Below, in pieces: positions 25,255 to 37,432 of a stretch of DNA of 64,000 nucleotides (its first letter is position 1; each line of letters opens with the position of its first letter). Position numbers and translations under genes: made by a program. The stretch comes from Podarcis melisellensis (Eukaryota): assembly GCA_964234715.1 (NCBI GenBank), contig OZ174277.1; one strand, given 5' to 3'. The notes under the pieces were generated by a model, which saw nothing but the letters and a program-made list of their open reading frames with translations, searched no databases and was not told the DNA's origin.

Positions 25255-25949
25255 CTAAACAGAAAGAAGCTGGTAAGAGGCATGCTAGTTAAACAATACA
25301 ATATGAAAGATTACAGAAAGCAAAATGCAGACATGGCCTGTGCTCAGGAAATCTTTCCTCTCTAAAGAAGTTTTTACTTTTAAATAGGACACTTACTTGT
25401 CAAATGAGAACTCAGTACCAAAGATAAATTATGCAAGTCAGTACAATGAACACTTGCTTATTAGACTTTTGCAAAAAAAATTGTTCTGAGGCTTTGCAAA
25501 AATCTAGAATTTCTTACCAAGAAACACAATGTGGTGGAAGAAAAATAGATGCGGTTAAGTGACAGGTAATCAAGGCACAAAAGGAAAGAGGATGCACAAT
25601 GTCCCAAAAAAATCTTGCTTCGGAAACAAGTGCACAACAGAGGTCATGTGATTTCTATCAAGAGAAATCTGCATGGTGAAAAACACATCAAAGATGAACC
25701 AAGGCTACAATCCTATGCAAAGCTTATACAGGAGTGAGCGCCACTGAACACAGTGCAGCGTGTGTGCGGAATTTATTTCTAAGACTCTATTCACATTCTT
25801 TGAAGTGGTAATACAAAAGCAATAAGTGACAAAGGACAACTATATAATGTGTGTGTGTGTGTGTGATCTGAGCAGCAACAAAAACAACATTTTACCACAT
25901 CCATTCAAGGACATTGAATGAAAACAGCATAAAAGCATCAAAAAATCCC

Positions 25950-26472
25950 AAACCGGAGGCTTTTCTCTTGGGCATGGTCGGCCAATTGGTACCAAAGAAG
26001 GATAGGACATTCTTTATGTACGCAACCACAGCAGCAAGAATCTTGTTGGCAAAGTATTGGAAGATGCAAGAACTACCTACTCTGGAAGAATGGCAGACGA
26101 AGGTGATGGAATATATGGGACTGGCAGAGATGACTGGCAGAATCCGCGACCAGAGGAAAGAGACAGTGGAGGAGGATTGGGGAAAATTTAAAGTATATCT
26201 GAAAAGTTGTTGTAAAATTGTGGACTGATAAGATGTTAAGGGGTAAGAAACAGAGAATTACAGCTGTAAATGTTAATCTTAAGAAGATCTAAAAGAGAGT
26301 TTATTAGAAAATTGATTGAAGGGTTGTTAAAAAATAAGGGTAAAACAAGGATGTGGTGAAAGGGAGGTATGGGGAAGTCAATTTTTATTTGTTGGTGTTT
26401 GTTTTTCTTTTTTGTTTGGTTTTTTGTATGTTGTATGTTTTGAAAACCATTAAAAATCATTTTTTTAAAAAA
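25950..26472 (+). mobile_element. 5'-truncated L1-clade LINE (ORF2 C-terminus, 3' UTR, A-tail) with 19-bp TSD
   Basis: Open frame KPEAFLLG...AARILLAKYWK...PTLEEW...DWGKF to stop 26228; ATTAAA at 26449; A-run; direct repeat aaaagcatcaaaaaatccc at 25931-25949 and 26473-26491. Confidence 0.88.
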
Positions 26473-29400
26473 AAAAGCATCAAAAAATCCCCACACCTGA
26501 GCAGCATCAGGCTAAAAATTTGATGACACTCCAACTAAATACCAAGTCCAAATTTCTGGCACCAGCACAAAGTGAACTAAGCTGCTGTGAATTAAGTGAG
26601 CTGAGCTGTTGGTTGATTTTTGAGCTCAGCACTTCTGCATCAGGTCCACCAGTTCCATAGCACGAATGAGTGCTGTATTAAAAGAGCCATACTGGTACGG
26701 ACTTGCTGTTATGCTGACGTTAAAGGGAAGTTTAAATGGGATTTGGAGCCATCTTTTCTCCACTCCATAAATAAAGTAAGTAAGTAAGTAAATAAAATAA
26801 GAAAGTAAAGTAAAGGGGAGCATGTTATTCCATTCATTGGTCAAAAGAACCTTAAGAAGAATGAATTATACAAATATAACTGAGGCCATTGTGGGAAGGA
26901 CAAAGAAAGGGTAGGTGAGATTATCACTTTCCTCCAACACCTTTATGTTGGGCATGGAGTAGAATAATAAACTAATAATACATGATGATAATCACAGCCA
27001 TATGTATTTTAATTTAACAAAGCAAGAGTGCATGCTCAGAAACTCTTCTAGGCACGACTCTTCATCAACAGGATGCACTAGGTAGCCCACCAGAAATTGG
27101 TCACAGATCCGTCAACAGACCACGAGTCGAGCTTCAATCCACCCCAGACCCAGCATCAGGTACATAAAAAACTGAAAGAAGTCAAAATATATACTGTACA
27201 AATAACTGAAGTATGAATAATTAAAGATAAACTGAAAGGAAAACTTGTTCAGCTTCAGATAAAACAAAATTTTGGAGAGACAGCCTAAAACTTGTATTCA
27301 AGAATATGTGCCAATGATTGACAAGTGCAATTTATAAGCCATTACATGGGGTCCTCATGTACTAATTTGAACACGATTACTCATAGGTTCGTCCTCTGTT
27401 CATATAACCAAGTGACTTGGTTTTGCACAAAGAATGCCTTTTTTCATTTTAGGAAAATGTTAGAACCGCAGGATTGAAGTTATTAGGAGGGATGTGCTTT
27501 GATAATCCTTCTGTGTTTCTTTAATCCTTTAAGAAAACAGTACTTAGTTTAATTCAAAAGGCATTTAAACCAACTGTTGATCCAGGGTAAGCAACATTTC
27601 TTCTGCTTGTTGCAAGAGCCTTCCCGAGCTACAGCATTCATGTATGGCTTAATATAAATGCCTTGTTGCCTTGACAGCTGAAAATATCATGTCAAAGAGC
27701 AGTCAGTGCTGAACGGCAGCTTTCATGTGGCAATGGCCTCCGTGATACGGTCTGAGATGAGACCTTCAGTACTGTGGCAATTAGGCTTGTTTAGACATTG
27801 TAGAACCAGATGGGCTTCTGTTATCTTGCTCCTGCTAGACTTAAAGTGGCTTGTTGGGTCATGACTGCTGCTCTTCATGCAAGATGAAAGTGTAAAAACC
27901 ACTGAACTTACTTTCTCTTTTTATATGACTGCCTCGGGGAGTTCGCCAATATGTTTATTAAGGCTAACCAACTGTCCACACAATTGTGGAAAGCTACATA
28001 AAGCACTGGGGGGGGGGGGGACTGACCAGAAATAGAAAATGCATAAAAAGTACAAAAGATAGGTTGCATGTTGCTTAAAACTGGGATTCTGGGACAGCAA
28101 AGCAACAGTCGCTCAAAGTTGCTAAAAGAGTGGATTATTAGTGCACCCCAGAGCATCCTCCTGGTGTCTATGGCTTTATTTGAGAGAGATAAAAATACTT
28201 GAATGTTCCATTCATATTGGCAGTGCTGACCTAACAACAGTCAATGCTAAAGCAGTTATTAGCTGACTTTGAGTGTCACAAAGGTGAAAGAGGTGGGAAG
28301 TCAGGAACATTTCTACATAAAGCTTAATATTCATTCTGATTTATTCACTTTTTAATATTCTCTAGTGATTCAATTTATCAGACAGCAGTTGACAGGAGGG
28401 TTTTTTGGGGGGGGATTTGCTTTGTTTGTGGGTGTAAAAAATTAATAAAGTGTCAGCTGCCAGTAGTAATTGATTCTGCATTGATGTATTTGAAGCTAAT
28501 GGCGCTCAAAAGCAAAGCCACCATAAATGATGGAGCCTGGATCTGTTGTTTATTTCTTTGTCACTGAGCTTTACAATGTCTGCATCTAGTATGACTTGCC
28601 AGAAAAAAATATTTTTTATCTCGCTCATACAAAAGTATCTCATTCCCATACAGAGAGAAGCAAGTTATTTGCAGCTGCAAGCTCATTAACTTCAGTATGA
28701 GTTATTGCGTAAGTCACCTGGCAAGCCTGCAGTGCTGAGGTTTCTCTGAGGGTCTGCTATGCTTAGACGTTGTTTTGTACCAAAATATTCTACAGTCACT
28801 GGACCAAAGTAGCCCCAATGAATGAGAGATGTTTTGAGCAAGTGCACAGTTTTTGTTACAGATCAGCTCTTCATCAGAGGCTTTGGGTTAAAAAAATGAT
28901 GTTGCCCCAAAAAGAAAATGTTTGCCTTTGAAAGCAGCTCCTGTGTCTCCTTACGTAACTCATCTCATATCCTGACAGCATTTCACTGGTCTGGTCTGGT
29001 CTGCATGACACAGGAAGCCAAACTATGGCTTATAGATGCACAAACCTTGGCTACAGCTCAGATTAGGGAGCTTAACAACAAGACCTGTTTCAGGTGTCAC
29101 ACACACTAAGCCAAACTTTGGCTTAGTTTAGCACAACATAGCAGTAAAGAGGACCAGGAAGGAGGAAAGCAGTCCTGATAGGGGAGCCCTCCTGGTCTTC
29201 CCAAGCAGGTCTGTGAGTGTTCTCTGCCTCTGGCCATTGGTATCAATGTGGTCAACTGGAGGCAATGGAATATTTTGTGTAATAGCAACAGACAATGAGA
29301 TAAGATGTGTTGTACCTTACAGACAGAAGGCAGATTAAAAAAAAAAAAGAAATGTGAAGTTATGTTTTCAAGACATGCTTAAATAGGGACTGCAATTTCT

Positions 29401-29811
29401 TTCAAGTAGCAGATCATGAGTTTTACACAGAAATATACTTTTCCTCTTTCTTGTTGTGTCTTTACTACTGTATATTTATTTATTTAAAAACCACAGATTT
29501 ATAGACCTTACCAGTCACTCCTGCTGCCTTCTCTACCAGCTGAGAAGCAAAATATTCTGAGAAGCAGAGCCTGAGCAGGGCATCTCATCTGCTTTGAAAC
29601 ATTCGTGATCCTATAAAATTCATGCTAACATTTCTGAAAGGTGGATAACAGCTGGCAGCATTAGAGCAACAGATTTTACCACAGAACTAATGTGGAATGT
29701 CTTACACAAAACTGGGGAAGATCACAGAGGAATTCTGTAAGAGGTAAGAAAGCTCTCACAGGTTTCAGCTGAATTTATTTGGATTGTGTGGGTTAAAGAT
29801 CATGGCTTAAT

Positions 29812-30276
29812 TCAGGTGTGGGGAACCTTTGGCACACCACATGTTGCTGAATTATAGCTCCCATCACCACTGGCCATTGACCAACTTGGCTGGGGCTGAT
29901 GAGATCAACAACATCTGCATGACCATTGGTTAAAAGAGTTAAGGGAGTCAGCAAGCAGGTAATGGGAAAGGCCTTTCCCCAAGATCCTGGAGAGTCACTG
30001 TCAGACAGAGCCAACAATACTGAGCTAGATGAACTAATTATCTGATCTGATCTAAGGCAGCTCCCTGTGTTCCTTATCCCTTTGCAGGACAGAGTGCCTT
30101 CAAGGTTTCATGGAAGATCCATTTGCATAAAACAACTAAATAATTTGTGTCAGAGATGTCAGTGGTCTAAACATACAAGACCGCTGAACAGAGGTGTGCT
30201 CTGATGGTGTTTCCTGCTTGGCAGGGGGTTGGACCCGATGGGGATGGCAGTCTCTTCCAACTCTATGATTCTATGA
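29812..30276 (+). mobile_element. Repeat cluster: hAT-MITE relic (~29812-29920), tRNA-SINE 3' part (~29940-30075), CR1 3' end (~30200-30276)
   Basis: Similarity to other copies in the window; CR1 tail ttccaactctatgattctatga. Confidence 0.65.
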
Positions 30277-30721
30277 TCAACAAATGCACATTAATAGGCA
30301 GACAAATTATACTGCACATGCATGGGTTGTAAAATATTTTTGGTACAAATCTGGTTTTGTTCTCTGTAACATCTTTCTTCTGTTGGTGAACTCATCCCCA
30401 CCCCCCATGTAACAATGAGAGCAAAACACACACACAAAAACCCAATTACCTATTGATTTTCAAAAGTAAAGTCCATTGTCTATGCAATTATAAATCTCTA
30501 AGGTCTGATATACCACACTGCAGTGTCAAAGGGCAGAATGTGACTGTTGCCATTAATTCATTCTCATCAATCATATGCTTGGTTGGAAAAGTAAAGGGTA
30601 GACAGATAGAGACAAACAATCCAATTTACCAGAAAAAGCTACACTGGAGATGCTGTACCATGTTCTTGTGCTGATGTATATAATTCTGAACCTTAGCTTC
30701 ACATTGACTTCTGCATTAAGA

Positions 30722-30859
30722 CAGGGGTGACTAGCATGTGGCCCTATGGATGCTGTTGGATGACAGTTCTCATCATCCCTGAGCATTGGCCATGTTCCCT
30801 GGGGCTGATGAGAACTTGAGTCCAAGAGCATCTGGACAACCACAGGTTAGTCACTCTTG
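30722..30859. mobile_element. Degenerate palindromic hAT-type MITE
   Basis: Ends caggggtgacta / tagtcactcttg; internal ctcatca...tgatgag arms; no intact TSD. Confidence 0.65.
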
Positions 30860-31518
30860 TTCTGAGGTTTTCCCATTCCCCCTAAGCACACAGCAACTTG
30901 GGTCAATGCCTGAAATCAGAGCAACTGAGCCAATGACACTGCTTCTTGCAAGGAATCTAATATGCACATTGTGTTATCAGAGAAGAATAAAGCAATAGCA
31001 TCAAGAGAAGTGCAACAGGTAGAGAGACCCACAAGGATCAAATAGTTACTTCTAAATAATTAAATTTAGAATTCAGGCATAAACTGCATCAAACTCAGTA
31101 CCATGATGGGATAGGTCTACTCTTCGTTCCTACACAGGGATCAAAAGGACAGCCTGTTATAGCCTTAGCTGCTACCTCTGTTTTATAAAGGAAAGATGAA
31201 AATCATCTGAAGAGTACATCTAATTCCCCTGGCTTGCAAGCAATTTTCTTAAAGACATGATGCTTAGAAGTTTGATTGGATTCCCTTCCTGCATTCTGAA
31301 TCGGTCTCTAATTGACTGAACACATTTCAAAGGCCTAGTTTGCATTTGTAGCTGAACAAGAGCATACACAGCACAATTTCACAGACATGCTGAGCAGTAA
31401 ATGAGACATCACTTTGAAAACATTATCAAAATTGTAAGGACCGAATGGCCAACAAAATAATCAAACAGGAGCATCTGTATATATCCCAGATCCTTTCACA
31501 GTTTAAGTCACACAGAGA

Positions 31519-31647
31519 GATGGATTCATACTAAGTTAGCCACACTTTAATCCCATTGAAATCAATGGGACTTGTGTTAGCTGTGACTAACCTCTCCCAT
31601 TTATTTCAATGGGACCATAGTGTGACAAACTTAGTTTGGATCCAACC
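31519..31647. mobile_element. Palindromic MITE (Harbinger-like)
   Basis: Inverted arms actaagtt...cccattgaaat / atttcaatggga...aacttagt; related to 47979-48096. Confidence 0.6.
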
Positions 31648-33399
31648 TGTAATCAGGACAAATGAGGGGAATCAGCAGAGCCCAGGAGTGAATAAAAGGC
31701 GCATTGTCAGGATGCCTGCAGAACAAATGGGTACAGACATCCAAGGGACCCATGTGGTTGCTGCAAGTTAAAGGAGAGGTGGCAAACGTGGCACCAGTTA
31801 AATGCAAAGTATGGGATAGTGCCCCTTCATTGTTCACTATAGTAAATACTTGGCTCCTCATGCTTGGCTGTAGTTTACCTTTAGTCAATTTAGCTAGAAA
31901 ACATCCAGCAGCATCTATGGGAGTGACTTGGTGGCCACAAGTAGAGACCAGCCTTCTGCAACCTGCTACCTTCTAGATTGTTTCCTAGGATTTTCATCAA
32001 AGTGTGAGAGGAAATACACTTCACAAATACCACAGCCTACAAAGTCCTAAACAACTTAGATCCAGGGTACCTTAGGGATCTCCTGAGCCCCTTTATCCCA
32101 GCTTGATCACTAAGATCATATTCAGGAGCGTGGTTGGTCATTCCCTGAGTTCGCAAGGCTTATTTGATCAAAACAAGAAACTGAGACTTTAGTGTCATCA
32201 ATAGAGATTCAGCTGGTGCCTTCTGTTTCCACTGCTAAAGCCAGCTGAAAACTTCTATTCCACCAGGCTTGTACAGGCAATTAAGAACACATCTTTCCAC
32301 AATAGTTATTTGATTTCAAAAATGTTATATGGCTTTTGTATTTTTTGTATATATTATTGTAAACCAATCCGATTTTTGTGTGTGAATGCGTATATAAAAC
32401 AATTTTCTAAATGAATAAAATGAAAAAGCGAATGCCACATGCTTTGGGTATCAACACATGATTTTGTTCTTAAGGAAATAAAGTCTGATGTGTTTACACT
32501 TGCTAGGGATTTTCTCATTTTAATGTATAAATGTGCGTAGATACATGATGTCTACACATGATAAATGGCATGGAGCTGCTGCCAAAAACAGCCATCCTTG
32601 GCACCCCTCCTCTCTCTCCCGTGTCATTCTGCAAGCTCCTCTTACCCATTGTGTGTGAGTAAACCAGTGTGATGGCATCACTGTTTTGGGACCATAGCTC
32701 AAAATATTATGGTGGTGGGAGGGCAGAGAAATTAGACACAGGGCTGCTGTTTCCATCCATACTCACATGAACTTTGTAACATCTCATTCCCTCCCTGAGC
32801 AGCATCTGAAACCTTCATGGTGCTATAATATTTTGTGGTGTTTATATTTCACCTGCTTGTGCATTTCTGTTATTTTCCCAGCTATTTCATCTCCTTTCCT
32901 CAAATCATAAACTCTAGCTTTTTCCAGCTCCACATATTCCATTCAAATTGTGCAAATTACTATAATGTTGTAGTCCAACTAATGGCTGCATCTAAGATTA
33001 AACAGAATGAGTGATCTTGCCAGTGCAGAATAGAATTTATTGTAGTTGGCTTGCTGGTTTAATGACATAATACAGTGTGACGGAACCTGCTGGTGCAGAA
33101 CACACTCAGTATGCATGGCTCTGCTACCAGAGAATGAGATATAAACTGCTTATAGAACCTAGTGGGAATGTAATTTTCTTAGAAAAGCTAAAATTCAGAA
33201 TTTGGCTTGCAAATAAAAAAAAGAATCTAAGGAGGCTAAATTAACATTAATACTGAGAAAAAATGGCAACTAACTTGATCAAGACCTCTCATTAACTCTG
33301 CTAGCAGATAAGCATGAAGTGCAGTGGAAAAGTTAAAAGTTAATGTAATATAATGTAATGTAATAAAAATTAATATCTGCAGAAGGGGCTGTGGAACAT

Positions 33400-33582
33400 A
33401 GGAATATAGGAAGCTGAGATAGATCACTGGGTCCATATAGCTCAGTATTGTCTACACTGAATGGCAGCAGCTTTCTGGGGTTATTCGATGGGGGAACATT
33501 CCCAGCCCTACTTGAAGATGCTGAGGATTGAACCTGGAACCTTCTGTATTCAAAGCAGATGCTCTACCACAGAGCTAAAGCC
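33400..33582 (-). mobile_element. tRNA-derived SINE, near full length
   Basis: Minus strand begins ggctttagctctgtggtagagca (A box) ... ggttcaatcc (B box) and ends cagcttcctatattcct; no CCA end or intact cloverleaf. Confidence 0.8.
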
Positions 33583-36500
33583 ATTCTCAAAGCTCTTTAG
33601 GTTGAATGTGAAACACTGACATAAATACATATCCTTAATTTGCCCCAGTTTATGTTGAGGCACTGGGCTTGTTTGTATGTTCTTTCCATTCCCACCTCTA
33701 TTCTCACTTTCTCTCTGGCTCCCAGAAGCTCTTCCCTTGCTCTGTGGGGAGAGGTAAACAACCAAACTGCAAAGCCCCGCAGAAATGTGAATAAAAGATC
33801 CTGCCTGAACTGAAGGATTCCATGCATTACAGTAATGAGACACAACCATCCAAAGAAGGAAAACAACAGGGGATCACTAAAAACAGGACATGCCAGTATT
33901 TAGTCCATTAGGAATAATGAGTGACTTAAAGGCTAAAATGTGAAAGGCCATGAGAGAGAATGGAAACTATGTCCACGCTGGCCTTTTCAAACAGCTGTAG
34001 TCTAATTTCAGCAACCAAGTTCTTCATTTCTATGTATGCTGCTGCTGCTGCTTCAGTGGGAATGACATTTTAGTAGCTCCCCATGGTTTAGCCTCATGTC
34101 AAGGAGGAAGCAGTGGCTACCTCACACTCTCTTGACTTAAGGAAAAGAAAAATGAAGGTGCCTGCATTTGAAAAGAGCACCTTCCCTATTTGTGTCCCAA
34201 AGGACAGAAGTAGTTACTCTGAACAGTCTGCCCTGTCAACTTCTCAGGTTTTGCTCAAGGGATCCTGAGAATTACTGTTGGACTTTGCACTGGGAATCAA
34301 AAACACCTAATTACTGCTGATGAAGTGGGAATCCATCACTGATACAGGCCTTTCCGATGGTAGTCCTAGCAAAAACCACATGTAAGCTTCTAGAGCAAAT
34401 GCATATATTTGCTGTGGGGCAAGAAGATTGCTAATAGGCTGCCTTTGGTCATTTTAACTGAACTTTTGAGATCAATTAGTACGGATTTAAACCTCCACTA
34501 CATGGAAGTTCATTGCACTCAATGAATTCTGAGCATCTAAAAAAAAAAAAAGTCTATGTCAAATGGCGCCCTCTCGATTGCATTTGTTGGATTAAACTCC
34601 TACCATCTCCGACTCTTGGCTATGCTGGCTGGCGCTGATGGGAACTGAAGAGCAACAACATATGGAGAGCATGACACTGGCTACCCCTGGCCTGTTTGGA
34701 ACAGCTAACCACAAATCATTATACTTTAATAATAAAAATGAAATAAACTCCCTACATATTAAACAGCCCATTGGAGCTGATTGCCAGTCATAAAGCCATA
34801 TTGCTGATTTAACTGGAGCCCATCATGCCTGCACCAATATAGCCTACTATGGCTGGCATGTGAGGGGAACATAATAAATTTAAAACAAAAAACACCTCAG
34901 TTCCAAATGTCATCAAGACAACACAACCTCTAGATACAGGGAAGTGAAATCCTAACAAAACACATCCGGATGTTCCCTCTCCCTCCTCTTCCCTTCCCTC
35001 CATTTAATTTCCAAAGCTCTAAAGCTCAGTAAAGCTAGTTTCCTGCATTCCCTTTGATTTCTAGAGATTTACTGCTGTAGGTGCAATAAAGCTTTCAGAT
35101 GATAAAAGTAGCAGCACAGGGGGAGGGAAAAATCACAACAGTTACTTGAAAGCCTTGTAAAAAATATGTTCTGCAAGAAGTACTAAAATGCTCAGATGAT
35201 TCTAATTCAGCATAAAGTCATTTACTTTCCACTGAAGAGAGGCTTTTGCCCATTGGTCAATATGCTATAAAACAAAAGGGATTAGTGCAGCCAAGAAGGG
35301 TTGCAGCTAGGCTAAAAACAGAACAGGTGGAAAACATGCAGAGTATACCGACCTTAGCAGGATAATTAATATAGGTCATTTACGGCTAATGTGTTATGCT
35401 TCGTGGTTGGGGGGAGCTTAAAAGCTTGCCTTCCTCTTATAAATGACAAGGAAAACCCAAACAAAAATTACAGGGCTGCATTTATAGTCCGAAAGCCAGA
35501 ATTATAAATTCTGATCAACAGGAAGCTGAAGTCAAATCAGATGAGCTGACATTATTCAGTACATGAGTTATTTATAACTTGTAAATGTCAAGTTAGCTTT
35601 GCACAAAGTAAGAGTTTTCAGTCTGGAAGTTGTACCAGTAATACAACAACTGGAGTACTGAAGTAGTGACCTATGTATGCAGTTGTATTTGCATAACTAT
35701 GGTGTCTTTGGTCATTAAAGCATTATTTCTGAACTATGTTTACCTGAAAACCAGACTTTGAGAACTTGGTTTGAAAGCCATGCTTTATGTTTAACATTAT
35801 TAAGACTTATATCTGCACAGAGCAAACCCTGAAGGCAGTTCACCTGCTTTTCAAGACACTCTGCTTGCAAGGTAAAAAGCAGGTCTTATTAGTCTTGCCC
35901 TACATAAGTCTTCTAGAGGGAAAGGCACAGTTCCCCATATACCATGGTCACATTGTACATTTAGGACCTTAACCAGGGTTAAAGTAACAAACCATGGATA
36001 GTACTAACTATGGTTAAGCATCATGTCTACACTGGGCGATTGTAAGCAGGTGTGCACATCCTGATAGTGTTTTTTATGCAAATAATGAACTGTTGATCTC
36101 AATTTCTTGCTTTCTTCAGCTGGTCAAATGCTGACTGTAGGATTTTTGTAACAACAACCTTTTACAAGCAAAGAAAAGTTTTTAAATTTCAGCCGCACAT
36201 AATAAATACTGGGAGCATTCTATCTAGTTTCAGATTTTGAATGTTTTGGATACCTAGCTTCATTGGAACTTATATACAGTTTTAACTGATGTTAGTTGCT
36301 TTAGTTTTCAAATTGCATAGGTGGAGGATTAAATTTTAAAATAAATGAATAAGTGAAAAGTCTCATTACCTTCAATTCAGAGTTGGATAACTTCAAAGGT
36401 TTTTATTTTTAATTTTATTAGGGATAAGCCAAAATTACTCACTTTTTTGTTCACATTTTTGGGGTTCATTTTTGTTTGTCTGCTTGTCTGGGTTGAAGGC

Positions 36501-37277
36501 TCCAAAGAGCTGTATAATTTCCTGGTGACTTTTTTGTGGGGAGAGGAGCACTCCTGAGAAAATGTCTGCCTGCTCATTTATATTGCTCTCACTCTCAATC
36601 AGCTTCATTTGTCCTCAGTGACACCATCATGTAATCAAATCTGACTAGCTATAGAGTGTTCCATATAACACAATCTGATTCACTATATACTATGTGATGC
36701 CCGATTAGCCAAAATAACCCATGTGACAAATCCAGGAAGGAGAAAGGTGCTTCAGGTGAAGGAAAGAAATGGGACTGATACAGCATCAACCAGAAGAAAA
36801 ATGGAACTAAACACGGAAGGAAGGAAGGAGAAAGAAGTTTATATTTGTACTGTGCTTTTCCAGAAATATTTCTGCCCCACTGAAATTGATATTTTTGACG
36901 TGAAAATTGAAACAGGAGAATATTTGGCATACGTCTAATTCATATTCTAGTTATTAAGCTTTGCCCCCTCCCCGGGTCAGGGAAAGTTTGCCCCCACCTC
37001 CAGCAACTGCATAGATATTCTGTCACCCGCTGGTCACAACTGAACAGAGACAGTCAGGAAGGATAGCGTCACACCTCCAAATGGGATGCAGCAGTTACAG
37101 AAGAAATTTTGTGTGTGATGGGCTACTCCTTTCCAACAAGACATGAAGTATATAAATTCTGGAGTGAAAGAAGTCTGGAGATATTGCCATTGTTTTTGCT
37201 GTATTGATTTTTCTGCATCACCAAGTTGCCTGCAAGAGAGCAATCAATTATTCAAATGCAAAGTCTGCTCCATTTAC

Positions 37278-37432
37278 CTTGTAGTAGAAGAGAAAGAATC
37301 CACAGAAAAGGCTGTACAAGTCTGCTGTAAGCAGGGAGAGGTTGACTGCTGTAGCGCTAGTCTTCTTAATGACCACAGGCATGAAGCTGTAGAGGCCAAA
37401 CATACAAGCACTAAAGCCAACATAGAGCAATC
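37278..37432 (-). CDS. SLC35F1: SLC35F1 coding exon (equivalent to exon 7), 155 nt: (G)LLYVGFSACMFGLYSFMPVVIKKTSATAVNLSLLTADLYSLFCGFFLFYYK
   Basis: Lies within ORF 37248-37694; acceptor ctctcag|GA, donor AAG|gtaaat; carries the SLC35F motif VNLSLLTADLYSL. Confidence 0.96.

Noticed and set aside
25914-26228. Independent 104-aa plus-strand gene
   Set aside because: Non-ATG start lies in flanking DNA across the TSD; the peptide is an L1 ORF2 C-terminal fragment.
28820-28890. Possible second hammerhead on the minus strand (CTGATGA-A-GAGC...GCTC-AAAAC)
   Set aside because: The GAAA core reads AAAA, and I could not build stem I, stem III or a UH cleavage site; at best a decayed relic.
33510-33582. 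tRNA gene
   Set aside because: A/B boxes continue into a SINE body shared with other copies, and the cloverleaf is degenerate.
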